A stretch of DNA of 64,000 bases from Octopus vulgaris (lineage: Eukaryota), in the NCBI GenBank assembly GCA_951406725.2, contig OX597840.1:35464001-35528000 (forward strand). Direction: 5' to 3'. Each line of letters starts with the position of its first letter. The first letter of the stretch is position 1. The translations under genes were made by a program, and so were the position numbers. The notes under the pieces are model-generated. The model saw only the letters and a list, made by a program, of their open reading frames with translations. It did no database searches and was not told the origin of the DNA. Positions 15,014 to 32,715 of this stretch are shown here, one piece after another.

Positions 15014-15526
15014 TCTATATATATAAAACTGTAGTTGTGTGAGTGTCTGTCTCCTACGATTTAGATTCCTAACTCCTCCCACATTTTGCGGTGCAGTTTA
15101 ACCAAATTCGGGTATCTTATAGTCGTGATTCATATCGAGCCCGTCTGAGTATTAGCGCGCGTCTACGATGAGTCTACGATTTTAAAAATAATTTAACATC
15201 ATTTTTTATTCCATTTTAATGCATAATTTTTCGTGTGTCGATGGCGGCGGAGTTGGCGTCCATGGTCACACCTGCACCTGTGTTGCTTCTCCCCCTTCTT
15301 CCCTCCCTCGTGAAGCTGTGGGGAAGGGAGTGTAAGGAAATCAACGTCGTAAAGCGTTGTCAAGGAGACCAGCGTTCTTTTAGAACAACGACTTCATGGC
15401 TTGAAGACACCAAAACAGAAATGGCGAAGAAAGCCCGAATTGGCATCTATAAGGGAAGTAACTCTCTAAAATGCTTATATAGTTATTTCCCTTACAAACC
15501 CGAGCAACGCCGGGCGATACTGCTAG
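15014..15526 (+). mobile_element. Non-autonomous Helitron
   Basis: A|TCTATATATATAAAA 5' end; 3' hairpin cccgagcaacgccggg then CTAG|T; no TSD. Splits a SINE A copy (14745-14910 / 15655-15800). Confidence 0.8.
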
Positions 15527-15813
15527 TATATATATATATATGTATGTATGTATGTATATGTATGTATGTTTGTAAATGTATACCTATACACACACATACG
15601 TATACTGTGTGTAAAAGTATACGAATGTATATGTATAAGTATGTACGTGCTTGTGTTTGTACTCTCACAACTGCTTGACAACCGGTGTTGGTTTATTTAC
15701 GTCCCCCTAACATAGCTGTTGCGCTTTGGCAAAAAATATCGATAGAATAAGTACCAGACGTTAAAAAAGACATCCCATATGGACGTGCCGTGTTCAAAAA
15801 CACAGCATATATA

Positions 15814-15848
<35 letters not shown>

Positions 15849-16758
15849 TTTTTGTGTTTGGTTTGCGAGATTCTTTATGTGGGAGTCAACAACATTTGAA
15901 GAGTTGTAGGAAGTAACGAAAATGTTTGGAAAAAAAAGGTAAATAAGTAAATGAGTGGAAATTGAACCAGTGAGTGTGTTAATTAATAAGGCATTAAAAC
16001 AGAATGACCCTCCCCAACATCGATATCCCTCCCTCTGTCTGTGAAATCTTGTATCCCTGCCGTAAGGCTTCATTTCCACACACGCCAGCTTAATTTAATT
16101 CGTCCTAAGTCGAAAGACACCTGTTGTTATGTCCTGCTATTGTTATTATTATTATTATTATTTTTATTGCATTTGTGTAACATTCTCCGTTTTTTTCGTC
16201 CTTGTTTTTGTATAAATTTGCTGCTTTCTTCCAAGGAATCTAATGTTCTTAGCTTAGTTTTTCCTTGGCGCTGACCAGATTGGAGCAATCTCGAGTATAA
16301 CCAGCTGAAATTGCAAAGATAATCTGGAAGCTGACTGAGGAAAGAAAACTCCGAATGACCCGTCCTTATTTTCTTTGTATCGTCTATCTGGATGTTTTGT
16401 TGTCCCTTTTTTGTATCACCTAACTGCCTGGATGTTTTGCGTTCTTGTCCCATTTTGTACTATATATATATACTAAGTACTTGTCGAGGTACCGTATTAA
16501 TTTAAACAACCATAATATGCTACAAAGTATATTAAACGCTTTTTATTAGTCAACACTGTGTCCTACTGTGTTAGCAGTGCTATTAGAACTGAAAAAAGTG
16601 TAAGAACTCCCGAAACACGAATATACACCAATTGCCTATTTTTTCCATCTTCGATCGCATTGTTTCTCTTACATAAGGCATACTCGCATACGACACGCCG
16701 TAACAAATCATTGCTGGGTATATTTTTAGTAGAAAATCTAGAGAGATAACCCTAACAA

Positions 16759-16823
<65 letters not shown>

Positions 16824-17591
16824 GTGGTTACCACTTCCTTTTCTCATCACCCCCGTTACCAGTTTTAGATTTGAGTTTCTGCGTAAAGCCCAAAGGACCT
16901 TCTCCACTTGCTATTCGGGATAAGCTTTGAACTCGGTTATTACATTCAGTCTGTGATATTTCTAGAAGAAACTGTTCCTTGTAGTACAAGAAGCAATAAA
17001 TAACAAATTTAATAAGCGCCATAAAGATAACATGGCTGTGTATTTTATAAATCTTTTAGTGGAGAGTTTAAGGAGCGACGAGGAATGGTGGGGGAAAGAG
17101 TGTGTGTTCATGTGTGTGTGTGTGTGTGTGTGTCTGTGTGAGCGTAATCGATTTTTAGATGGTCTTTTTGGAATTTCCCAAGTCTTTTTGTTTGTTTGTT
17201 TATACTTCTTATTTTAATATTTGCTTCTGTCTCATAACTTAGTTTTTACATAAACTATAACTACCGTACGTATGCATGCCTACATATACATTCGTATATA
17301 CATACATATATACACGAATACATACGCATACATAGTTAGATATATATATATACATATATATACATTCAGACACACTAAAATTTAATGGAAGCTTTCGCCA
17401 AATGCAATTCAGAGTTTGACATCCTAACTACTCTCAAGTTGTTTATGATCGCCTTCCCATATAAATGTATATACAAGCACACACACACATATATACATAT
17501 ACACACATACATACATTCATACATACATATTTATATATATATATATGCATACATATACGTGTGTATAAACACACATAATATACATACTCAG

Positions 17592-17687
<96 letters not shown>

Positions 17688-17839
17688 TTGTGGTCCTGTA
17701 TATGTTTTCTGAGTATATGTATGTATGTATGTATGTATACATATTTTATTTTGATTTTCATTCATAAATATATATATATATACATAAGTTTGTGTATGTG
17801 TATAAATGTATATATGAATGCATGTGTAAATATATATAA

Positions 17840-17872
<33 letters not shown>

Positions 17873-18120
17873 CGTGCGTGTGTGTGTGTGTGTGTGTGTG
17901 TATATGTATGTATATATATATGTGTGGGGGTGTATGTGTGTATGACTGTAGGTTGTTTATGAGCGTCTGTTAAGTCACATGGAACTGTTCCACACGATTT
18001 CACTCCAAATTTATGTGAGAGAATTGTTTCCTTGCATTGTCTGGTCTCACCAGTGATTGCTGCTAGTGACTCCCGCTCGATGGTACCCACAGAATCTTGG
18101 TATGCATGCATGTATGTCTA

Positions 18121-18156
<36 letters not shown>

Positions 18157-18442
18157 TGTATGTATGTATGTATGTATGTATGTATGTATGCATGCATGTA
18201 TGTATGTACGTATGTATGTATGTATGTATGTATAAATGCATTTGTGTATTATGTATGTATGTATGCTGTATTGTACATAAATATATGTATTGTGTTTAAA
18301 TATCTATATCTATATGCATATGCATATATGTTATATAATGCTTTTTCACACCTTCTATATGTATATCGTATGATATATATATTATATAATGTTCATTTTA
18401 CATATTGTTCGCTATTAAGTACCATAATATATCCGATATAAA

Positions 18443-18630
<188 letters not shown>

Positions 18631-18666
18631 GATAACTATTAGTGTGCGTTTGTACGAATGTACACA

Positions 18667-18729
<63 letters not shown>

Positions 18730-19046
18730 GTTATATAACTGAAATAATGAGCATTATGTGGTGTGTATACATATGAATGTGTGTATTTATGTATACATGT
18801 ATATATGTGGTATGTATACCATATGTGGTATGTGTGTGTTAGGTTGCGCGTATGTGTGTGCATGCATTCATATATGGTAGGTAGGTAGGTAGGTAGGTTG
18901 GTAGGTAGGTATATACACATACATATATATAATACTTTATTATGTAATGATCCTTGTATTTTTTTTTATCTTAAATATATTCTGCTCTTATGCTCTTACG
19001 TCTTAACACCAGAGGCCAGAGAGGAATTCGCTTTATATATACAGAG

Positions 19047-19097
<51 letters not shown>

Positions 19098-19101
19098 GGG
19101 G

Positions 19102-19152
<51 letters not shown>

Positions 19153-19693
19153 CATACATGTTCATATCGTATGTGTGTGTAGGTTTTGTATGCATGCATG
19201 CTTGGATGCCTCTACACATATATATTTGTAAATGTTCCAGACTGCAGTTACAGAATGAAAATGTCTATGGAATTTTTAAACAATTGAATCCCATGTTGCC
19301 AAATATAGATAAATAAATAAATAAATAAAGAGGAGAAAAAGCAAAAAAAAAACGACAAAAAATACTCGCATTGCTTTAACCATAGGCTAAAACTTATTTT
19401 ATAAACCTCCCCATCTCCACCACCATCACCACCATCTCTACCACCAACTCCACTACACGGGTGGAGCCGAATCGGGGTTAGAGTCGATGTGGGGTATATT
19501 CACAAAAGCAAAGTAATGTGGAAAAAATGGACATTAGTAAAATTCCCCGAAAAACCCACATATAATTCGCTTTTCTGCTAAATTCTACAATCTACAATCC
19601 GACCAACAACCAAGCCAGCCAGCCAGCCAGCCGACAATTTCTCCATCGATTTCTTCGTCGCCCACCCTTCCACGCCCACCACCACTCAAATAA

Positions 19694-19724
<31 letters not shown>

Positions 19725-21819
19725 ATGAATAAGAGTTTAAAGTATCCCTAATTGAAAATCTGCAACTCACCCCCGCCGCCGCCGCCGCCTGGAAAGGAAG
19801 CAGATGATAATAATGATAACAGTTCGTTTATTGATTCTTCAAAGAGATTCGCCAAAAACAGTGATATCGGAATAATGGACCATCTGTACTTCTTCCACGT
19901 AAAAGACCATTTCTATGATGCGATTCTCTGAAATCAAATGAAAGCCATGGAAATTCCCGTTAAAAAGTAAAATGGTAAATTATCATGAACGCAAGAATTG
20001 TTTGGTTTCTGATGGTTTAAGCGTAGAAGTAGCACGAACGCTTGGACATCAAAGGCGGGTTTTAGTGCCAGAGCGATTGGTGCCGGGGTTAGGAATATCG
20101 CTTTGCAACCACGTGGACTTGAGTTCAGTCTCACGGCGCGGTACCTTCGGCAAGTGTTTTCTGTTATAGCTAGGCTCCGAGTGGGCCGACCGGTGCCCTG
20201 TGAGAGAATTTGGCAGACGGAAACTGTACGGAAGCCCATCGTATATAATATATTTTATCTTTCGCTTGTTTCAATCACAGAACTGTCTCTATGCAAACAT
20301 ACATACATAAATACATTTACATATATACATGCATGCCTACACACACACTCACACACACACACACACACACACACGCATACATATATTCACATGCAATACA
20401 CACGCACATGTATGTGTGTTTATGTGATATCTTGGGAGAGTCGTTTTTCCGATAAAGATACACGTATTGGTTTGATTTCTTTTTCTTCTTCTTCTTCTTC
20501 TTCTTCTTCTTCTTCTTCTTCTTGTTCTTGTTCTCCTTGTTCTCCTTCTTCTACTTCTTCTCCTTCTTCTTCTCCTCCTCCTCCTTCTTCTTCTCCTTCT
20601 TCTCCTTCTTCTTCTTCTTTTTCTTCTTCTTCTTCTTCTTCTTCTTCTTCTCCTCCTCCTCCTCCTTCTTCTTCTTCTTCTTCTTCTTCTTCTTCTCTTT
20701 CTTCTTCTTCGTCTTCTTCTCTTCTTCTTCTCTTCCTTCTGCTTTTTCTTCTTCTCTTCCTCCTTCTTCTTTTTCTTCTTATTCACCTCCCCCTCCTCCT
20801 CCTTCTTATTTTTTTTCTTCTTCACCTCCCCTCCTCCCCCTTCTTTTTCTTTCTTTTTCTTCTTCTTCTTCTTCTCCTTCTTCTTCTTCTTCTTCTTCTC
20901 TTCTTCTTCTTCTTTTTCTTCTTCTTCACCTCCTCCACCTTCTTCTTCTTTCCCTTCTTCTTCTTCTTCTTCTTCTTCTTCTTCTTCTTCTTCTTCTCCC
21001 CTCCTTCTTCTTCTTCTTCTTCTTCTTCTCCTTCTTCTTCTTCTTCTTCTTCTTCTTCTTCTTTCTCTTCGTCTTCCTCTTCTCCTTGATCTTATTCCTC
21101 GTAGAATTTATGTGGGTGGCGAGTTACTTCTTGTAACCTTTGATATCCACACGATTTTAATTAAGCCTTCAAGTACTCAAAACCTTTCCGCCGATCTTTC
21201 TTCGTTAACTATTTAATCATCTAAACTAATCGATAACTCGGCTAATCATTTAATCAATCAATCAGTCAACGGGTTGCTATGTCGGAGACATTTCGTCACC
21301 GTTGCAGATGAGATCCTGTTCTTTCGTAGTCTGAAATTTCCAGCTGAACGACTTGTGCAAATGATTTGTTTATAATTATCAAGTGTATGTGCCGCACATT
21401 AGCTCACTCTCTTCATCAAATCAAGATTGCCTGGACAGGTGCACGGTGTGCCGCGCCTCAGGTGTCAAAGTGATCGCGGGAGCAGCGAGAGATGAAGTGT
21501 TTTGCTCAAGACCACAAAACATCGTCCGGTCCTATTTGGGAATCGAACCAACGGCATCGCAATCGTGAGCACAACGCCCTAACCACTACGCCACACATCT
21601 TCACAGTCACAGGTATATCCCCGCCTCACCTCCACCCCGAAAGCAATTTGAAATCAAAACCTTACTTCCGAGATCAAAGCCGATTAAGGTCGGATTAGGT
21701 AAACACCAAAAACTGGAATTGCCAGAGAATTTTTTCTTCTTTTCCTGAAAAAAAAATCTTCTCTGATTAAAACATTAACAATCAAAGAAAATTCCAGAAT
21801 TAATTCCAAATTTCAACAG

Positions 21820-22240
21820 ATAGGCGCAGGAGTGACTGTGTGGTAAGTAGCTTGCTTACCAACCACATGGTTCCGGGTTCAGTCCCACTGCGTGGCATCT
21901 AGGGCAAGTGTCCTCTACTATAGCCTCAGGCCGAACAAAGCCTTGTGAGTGGATTTGGTAGACGGAAACTGAAAGAAGCTCGTCGTATATATATATATAT
22001 ATATGTGTGTGTATGTGTGTATGTGTGTATGTTTATGTGTCTGTGTTTGTCCCCCCTAACATTGCTTGACAACCGATGCTGGTGTGTTTACGTCCCCGTA
22101 ACTTAGCGGTTCAGCAAAAGAGACCGATAGAATAAGTACTGGGCTTACAAAAGAATAAGTCCTGGGGTCGATTTGCTCGACTAAAGGCGGTGCTCCAGCA
22201 TGGCCGCAGTCAAATGACTGAAACAAGTAAAAGAGAAAAG
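21820..22240 (+). mobile_element. Full-length tRNA-derived SINE family A
   Basis: A-box-like gtgactgtgtgg, B-box-like ggttcagtccc, central microsatellite, tail gactgaaacaagtaaaagag. More than 15 full or partial copies in the window. Confidence 0.9.
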
Positions 22241-22480
22241 AGAAGAGAGAGAGATGCAATGTTTATTAGAGTAGATTCATAAAACCCATGGTGTCATCTT
22301 ATGTATGTAGGACTGCACTATATAATCTGTCCTTGGTGTTTTTTAAGGTGGTCTGAAGGAATTTGGCTGCTATTTCTAACAGATAAAATGGTTATGTGTT
22401 CGAGTTTTTTCTTCCATTGTTTGGCTTACAATTTCCTACAGGCAAAAACCATGTCATTGGAAAAAACGCTGGCCTTAAGA

Positions 22481-22549
<69 letters not shown>

Positions 22550-22795
22550 TGCAGGTGTGTGTGTGTATGTGTGTGTGTGTGTGTGTGGCGTTACTGGTTT
22601 TCGAATCAGTAACACAAGACCATTGTACAAATGAGTACAAGATACATGGACACACACACACACACACACACGTATATATATATACATACATATTCATATA
22701 CATACATACATGCATATACATATTCATATATGTGCGTATGTATGTACACATATATATATATATACACACATATACATATATACACATACATATAT

Positions 22796-22872
<77 letters not shown>

Positions 22873-23481
22873 TATAGATAAATAGATATGCAAACACACA
22901 CACACATATATATACGTACATATATATATATACATATATATATACATATGTATACATATATACGTACATTATTATCACATGCATACATGCATACATATAT
23001 ATACGTACATACACACATACATACATACACACATACACTCTCACATGCATACATACATACATACTTGCATACATACATACATACTTGCATACATACATAC
23101 ATACATACATACATACATACATGCATACATACATATACATACATACATACATACATACATGCATACATACATACATACATACATACATACATACATACAT
23201 ACATACGCACACATACATACATACATACATACATACGCACACATACATACATACATACATACGCACACATACATACATACATACATACATACATGCATAC
23301 ATACATACACATACATACATACATACATACATACATACATACATACATACATACATACATACATACATACATACATACGCACACATACATACATACATAC
23401 ATACATACATACATACGCACACATACATACATATATGCATACATTCATACACACAAACATACACACACACACAAAAACATA

Positions 23482-23517
<36 letters not shown>

Positions 23518-23786
23518 TACATACGGGCGCACTTGTATCAGCGAACGTTTTGAATGTCCGCCTATCCATGTCTGGCTGTGTGCACGAAATGTCGCCTCCG
23601 AGTTTCGTGCGAGGCGTCACAAAGGCTCCGAGCAGGGGAAACCAGTTGCTTTGTGTTTGCATACAATGAAGGTGTTCTGGTAATACAGTGAGAGCACAGC
23701 GCCGAACAATGGGCGGACGAAGGGCGAAACGCCGCTGCCGCATACATGAATTATCAATGGGAACATGAATAGTCTTGGGCGTGCAG

Positions 23787-23823
<37 letters not shown>

Positions 23824-24516
23824 ATGGTATGTGCGCGTGATTGAGAGAGTGAGAGAGCGAGAGAGAGAGAGTGGATAGAGCATGCGTGTAAGGTCTGTGT
23901 GCGTTTTTTTCCTTGCGTATGTAGCGTTATACATTCATACATACATTTATATATACATACAAGTGTACATACATTCATACATACATACCTTCATATATAC
24001 ATATATGCGTTCATACATGCATACAACCATAAATATATATACATACATACATTCATACATACGTACATACATTCATATATACAAACATACATATATATAT
24101 AGATACATACATTAATATATACATACATACATTCATACATGCATACATGCATACATTCAAATATACATACATTCATGCATACATACATTTATATATACAT
24201 ACATACATTCATACATTCATGCATACATACATTTATATATACATACATAAATTCATACATACATATATACATACATACATACATACATACATATATGCAT
24301 ACATACGTTCATATATGCATACATGCATACAAGCATACATTCACATATACATACATACATACATACATTCACATATACATACATACATACATTCATACAT
24401 ATATACATACACATACATACATTCATACATACATACATACATACATACATACATACATACATACATACACACACATACATACATACATACATACATGCAT
24501 ACATACATTCATACAT

Positions 24517-24549
<33 letters not shown>

Positions 24550-25080
24550 TACATACATACATACATACATACATACATACACACACATACACACATACAT
24601 ACATACATACATACATACATACATACATACATACATACATACATACATACATACATACACATACATATGTATATATATATACACACGCGTGTGTGTGTAT
24701 ATATATATCGTAATTCAATTAGCAATCAGCTTTCCCTGTTTTTTGTTGTGTTGTTGTTTATACTTTTACTTTCTACATATTTTTTCTTTTCCATTTTATA
24801 TTTACTAAGCTTAGTCATTGGCCCACGGCCATACTGGAGCATAATGCCGCCACTGTTTGGTGGTTTCAGTAAATTGCAATTTTTTCTTGCCTGTTTTTTT
24901 TTTATCTTGTTCGTTTTTCTCTTTTTTTTTGCTTTCTTTCTTCTCCTTTCAGTCAAGTACTTGTTTTTATTGATCTCTATTTGTCGAATTGCTATATTAC
25001 GGGATATCTGGTTACTCAACCTGTACAAAAACCGGTTTGAAAGGCTGTGTCAATAGAAACGCAGACAAGGAGATAGACAA

Positions 25081-25151
<71 letters not shown>

Positions 25152-25259
25152 CACACATTTAATACACACAAACGTGTGTATGTGTATTTATATTCACGTG
25201 TTTGTATATATGTGTGTGTTTGTATGTGTCTTTATATGTATACACATACACATATATAT

Positions 25260-25291
<32 letters not shown>

Positions 25292-25355
25292 ATACACATA
25301 TATATGCATATGTAAGTATATGTGTACATGCATGTGTATATATATACATACATCT

Positions 25356-25405
<50 letters not shown>

Positions 25406-26278
25406 GTGTGTGTGTGTGTATGTCAGTATGTATATATACACATATATATGCATATATGATTGCATGAATGTATATATATATATATATGGGTGTGTATGTA
25501 TGTATGTATGTATGTATGTATATGTGTCGGTTACTATGTATGTATGCATGCATGTGTGTATGTATAAGTGTATGTATGTATGTATGTATGTATGTATGTA
25601 TGTATGTATGTATGTATGTATGTATGTATGTATAAGTGTATGCATGTATGATTGTATGTACGGAGGCCTTTCACACAGTTTCCGCCGACCAAATCCCCTC
25701 ACAAAGGCTTCGGTCAGCCGTGGGCTATAACAAAAGGCTCTTGGCCCCAAAGTACAAAACAAAACGTCTTGAACCCGATGCCAGATATCAGTGGATGCCC
25801 TTACATGATAAGTGAGAATATGGAGTGCATTGAAGCGGGGGTGGAACGTGAAAGTAAGGGACCGACAGTCAAGAGAAATAAGCAGAGATGGGGAGAGAAA
25901 GAGGGGGTTATATCAAAGTTTACACAACTGTCGAAGGAGGAAATGGAGAGAGAAAAAGAGGGAGGGATAGTTATAGTAATTTAAAAGAGTAAATAAAAAC
26001 GTGGGGTGTAGAGTGATATATATATATATATACATATATACAAAATTTAGAGGACTGACCACTAAAAGTGGGCAGCCTATATGCTAAACATAGACGTCAA
26101 ATCGCCATTTACCATGAAGAATATGGCGATTTGACATCTATGTTTATCATTATAGGCTGTCCACTTTTAGTGGTAAGTCCTCTAAATTTTGTATGTAAAC
26201 AATTTTTAATCTTCCGATTTTTTTAAAAATATGTCAAGCCACTGGTTTTAATTGATTAATATCAATTTCTACCCTCAT

Positions 26279-26331
<53 letters not shown>

Positions 26332-26344
26332 CATATATACGAAC

Positions 26345-26390
26345 AAAACTGTCCGACGAACGGGAACGTGAAACTCAAAGTAACAGTTTT
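26345..26390 (+). ncRNA. Type I hammerhead-like motif (core CCGACGA, GUA site)
   Basis: aaaactgt-CCGACGA-acg-ggaa-cgt-GAAA-ct-caa-agt-A-acagtttt: 8-bp stem I, stems II and III pair; AATAAA follows at ~26413. Confidence 0.75.
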
Positions 26391-26418
26391 TGTGATATTT
26401 TTGCTGCTTTTTAATAAA

Positions 26419-26467
<49 letters not shown>

Positions 26468-26581
26468 CCTGCTCGCTTAGCCAGCGGGGTGGCATTATTT
26501 GAAGGATAAAACAATGCGAAGCGCATTGTGACCAGCGATGTGTAGCAACATCTGATAGCCTGGTCGGTCACGGTGATCACG

Positions 26582-26663
<82 letters not shown>

Positions 26664-27696
26664 CATATATACTAACAGCCCCGGGAGAACAGCTTGTAGG
26701 TTTTTGGATAAATAAATCGAATTTGTCTACAAGATACAGTAGAATGGTTCGAGTTCGCTTTCCAGTTGAGAGGAAAACCAAAGACAATTTACGAACAGAT
26801 TTCATTTCTCCTGGCAAAATGTCTTTAGTCAACACTTTGTAATAAAGAGCCTTCAACACAATTTACAGATTGAGAAGGATAACTCTTGATATTCATAGAG
26901 TATTTGGAGAAGTTGTTGGATTTAGGACTGAGTTTATTTCCATATGTCGTCACCAGAACAAATTTACTCTGCGGAGCTTTATTCTACCCATAAACTAAAT
27001 ATATTGCAATTTTATTGATACCGTTCCTGTAGAATTCTTTTATATTTTTCTTTCTTTTCTCTTTTTTCTTTTTTTTTTTTCTATGAAAATCCTTGAATTT
27101 CGGTAAATATTAAATGAATGTTTAGCGTTATTTCCATCGGAAGAATTTCGAAACTTCCAGAGATATGAAATATGTTGTTTTTAAAGTTGGTGGTAGAAGT
27201 AGATGACGCTAAAATAATAGCATGTAGATTATTGGGTAAAACAACCCCTTCGATGCGGGTTCGTGTCGTACGGACAACCTTCGACGTTTTTTCAACCCGA
27301 GGGTTTTTTCTCGCCCGGTATTTTTTTACATGCTATTATTTATACAGGGAAGGAAAGATGATGCTATATAAAGAGTTTTTCTATAACGGCGGAACTCGAA
27401 GCAGATAAAGCTATAAATAGTTCTTTCTAATTTTAGTTCAAATCCAGCAATTTTGTGACTGGCGTCGACTACATCGACCCCCAGTGCTCAACTGGTCATT
27501 ATTTTATCGATGCCTTTCATCCTTTCAGGATCAATGAAACAAATACCAGTTCAACGCTGGGGTCAGTGTAATCGACCAACACACCTCCACTCAAAATTGT
27601 TGGTCTAGTGCGAAAACTAAAAAGGTTTATAGCTTTATCAACTTCGAGTCCATCCGATAAAACGATTTAGTTAGCATCATATTTCTTAAGCACACG

Positions 27697-28405
27697 AAGG
27701 TACGTGGCTTAGTGGTTAGGGCAGTTGGTTCACGATCGTAAGGTTGCGAGTTCGATTCTCGGCGGTGCGTTGCGTTCTTGAGTAAGACACTCTTTATTTC
27801 ATGTTGTTTCAGTTTATTCAGCTGGCAAACATGAGTCGTACCAGTAATTTATATGGGACCAGCTTTGTCGTATTCTGTGTCACGCTGGGTCTCCCTGAGA
27901 ACTACATTCGTTTACGGCTTGGCTTAAGCTCTGAGAGAAACGTGTTGACCACTGGGGCAGGTTCAATCAGGTATCGACGTCATTCGACGTCGTCACTGTC
28001 GTTGGCGTCATCACCATCAACCTCGTCATCGTCGTCGTCATCTCGCCGTCGCCCTCGTTGCTGTCACCATCATCGCCATCGCCCTCGTCATCGTCACCGT
28101 CGTCTCGCCGCCGTCGTCGTCTCGCCGCCGTCGTCGTCTCGCCGCCGTCGTCGTCTCGCCGCCGTCGTCGTCTCGTCATCGTCGTCTCGCCGCCGTCGTC
28201 GTCTCGCCGTCATCGCCATCGCCCTCATCATCGTCATTCGTTGTCACCGTCGTTGTTGCAATCGTTCATAGAAACGCAAGCGACGGGAAGGCTACGTGTG
28301 TCTGTGAAGTACTCAGCCACTTTGCACGTCAATTTCACGAGCAGGCTGTTCCGCTGATCGTATCAACAGGAAACACACGCATCGTCGTCGCAACCGACGG
28401 AGTGC
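27697..28405 (+). mobile_element. tRNA-derived SINE family C (CORE-like), interrupted by an insert containing a 17-bp GC-rich repeat
   Basis: Homologous to 34132-34450; insert ~27910-28290 contains (cgccgccgtcgtcgtct)n. Confidence 0.7.
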
Positions 28406-28776
28406 CCCGGCCATCTTCCCCTAAATTGCGATCTCTATCTGTTATCGATAATTTGAATTATCAGTAAAACCAAAAACTGTTTTTGATAGCATTAAGTGAT
28501 GAGAGACAAACCTCTCCCTGGAGAGGACGCTAGTCTACCGCAGCGAGTTTTATTTTCTTTTAGAAGGAATTGAATTTCATACTAACATGTTGCTGAATCC
28601 CACAGCACACACACACACACACGAACACATACACACAGAGGCACACACACGAACACACACACGTTCACACACACACACACACGAACACAAGCAATTTCCT
28701 ATTAAAAATACACTAACAACTTCACACATATACGCACATCTCCAAATACATAAAATTCAACAATTCCGCACACACA

Positions 28777-28816
<40 letters not shown>

Positions 28817-29351
28817 GACACTCATGTACACACATATACACACACGCACAAATACATATACATGCGCGCACCATTCACACACATATACATACACAATAAC
28901 AATTCCATACAAATCGATCACTCCACACACACACACACATACACACACATACACACACACACACACACATACACACACACACACACCAGTTCCATTTATA
29001 TACACTTACAACACACCATATATATATACACACACACACTCATTACACAAGCAAATACCACCAACTATACATATACGCATAACAGCTTATAAATACACAC
29101 ACACACACATACACACACACTACATTAATTCTACACATACACACAATAAGAGCACATAAACACACACACGTCAACAACTATACACACACATACACACACA
29201 AACATATACACACACAAATGCATACAAACGCACACACACAAACACATACACACATACCCGCACATACAAACGATGCCATATACACATTCACACCACACAC
29301 ACACACACTAACAACTCCACACATGCACGCACGCATCAGTAACAGCTCCAC

Positions 29352-29399
<48 letters not shown>

Positions 29400-29524
29400 T
29401 AACAAATCTCACATACCCACACCGCCTCCGCCACAACCCCCTCCTATCCACACACATTATCAAATTTACATATACATACAACAGCACGTGCACACATGCA
29501 CACACACACATACGCACACACACA

Positions 29525-29940
29525 CACACCAACGACTACACACACACACGCGCGACTGTACATACACACACGCACGCACGCACACACACCAACGACTATA
29601 CACACACATACACACACAGATACACACACACACACACACACAGATACACACACACGACTGTACATACACACACGTACGCACGCACACCAACGACTATACA
29701 CACACACAGATACACACATACACACGACTGTACATACACACACGCGCGCTCACACACACACCAACGACTATACACACACACACACAGATACACACACGCG
29801 ACTGTACATACACACACGCACGCACGCACACACACCAACGACTATACACACACACACACAGATACACACACACACACACACACAGATACACACACGCGAC
29901 TGTACATACACACACGCACGCACACACACACACCAACTTC
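29525..29940. repeat. CA-rich minisatellite (ccaacgacta...cagatac...gactgtacatac units)
   Basis: Five ccaacgacta anchors separated by variable (CA)n. Confidence 0.8.
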
Positions 29941-30631
29941 CACATACACACCCACGCCCCAACAAATCTTGCAAACTCACGCCCACAACCTTCTCCACCA
30001 CACACCTCCCACACCACCACCACCACCACCCCGCCACCATTCCTGCTCCCCCTTCTTCCATCCATGCCCACCCCCACAGCCATCACTTAACGCTGCGGCG
30101 CAATGGCCATGAAAACAACGTTTATTAAAAGGGAACCGCGTTAATTATACGGTTTCACGGAAATAAGGGCCGCACCGCCCCCACCCTCCACCCCCTATCA
30201 CACTCCACGCCTCTGCAGTTCCCATTACTGCCACCAGAGGGAGCACGTGCCAATGGGTAGGCTTCTATGTGGTCGTTTCGTTTGCTAGAAACAGGAGTTA
30301 ACTCTCTCTCTCTCGGATTTGCACGCTTCCGTCTTAAAAATCCGGACTCGGTGGGTAATACGAAAAGGACTGGGCGGGGGTGGTCACGCTTGGAATGCCG
30401 TTGATTACAGATCCGCTCGATCGGGGCTGACCCTGAGCTCATCCTCATCATCACTGTCATCATTGTCATCATCATCATCATCGTCGTCGTCGTCGTCGTT
30501 GTCGTCGGTCTCTTTTGCCGAACCGCTATTTTACGGGGACGTAAACATACCAGCATCGGTTGTCAAGCTATGCTGGGGTGATAAACACAGGCACACAAAC
30601 ATATACACACACATGCATACATACATATGTG

Positions 30632-30690
<59 letters not shown>

Positions 30691-30722
30691 GCTAGCTAGC
30701 TGTCTGTCTGTCTGTCTATCTG

Positions 30723-30766
<44 letters not shown>

Positions 30767-30831
30767 GCTCGCTGTCTGTCTGTCTGTCTACTTACTTATT
30801 TGTCTATCTGTCTGTGTGTCTGTATGTATGC

Positions 30832-30864
<33 letters not shown>

Positions 30865-31014
30865 TGCATATATGTATGCATGCATGTACGTACGTATGTA
30901 TGTATGTATGTTTGCATGTATGTAGAGAATTCACAAAAACAACAACAAAAGACGAAGACAGGTGGTGTACAAACAAACAGATGTATTAGTATAGCGCTCG
31001 GGAAGTGAAAAAGT

Positions 31015-31050
31015 CTTTAACATTTCGAGCCTACGCTCTTCTACAGAAAA
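31015..31050 (-). ncRNA. Hammerhead-like motif, CUGUAGA family (copy 1)
   Basis: Reverse complement ttt-CTGTAGA-a-gagc-gtag-gctc-GAAA-tgtt-aaag, within a ~175-bp element (30925-31100). Confidence 0.5.
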
Positions 31051-31467
31051 GAACACAGAAAGAAACAAAGAGAGAAAATAAAGAATGTGTAGTGGCTAGC
31101 GATATGTATGTATGTACGTAGGAAGGCAGAGAAAGACATAGTTTGGTGCCCCACCTTCCAATTCGATTCTAATATATTTCTTCTAAAAAATACACATATC
31201 TTATGAAATTTTGCAAAGGCAGGTTTTTTTTGGATGAAGTCGATTGTGATTACATTGCTAAAATTTAGAAAACTAATTACATATATTTATTAGAAATATA
31301 CGGTTGAGAAATACGTTTTATTTCATTTACTTTAGGCTAATAAATAATTTTCTTTTCAAAATTAGTGAGCGTTTTTGAAAAAAGTGTTCACTTCGTATGA
31401 GAACCAAGAAATTTAATAAAAGTCGAATTATAATTATTGTATGTATACTTCCTGAATGGAATCCGAA

Positions 31468-32710
<1,243 letters not shown>

Positions 32711-32715
32711 CTAAA

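Noticed and set aside
16040-16460. Possible hammerhead (ctgagga...ccgaat; ctgacca-gattg..caatc) in a pLTR-like island
   Set aside because: GAAA and stems I/III not satisfied.
22392-25762. MYVC/HTYI-repeat ORFs
   Set aside because: Products of (CATA)n and (TA)n microsatellites.
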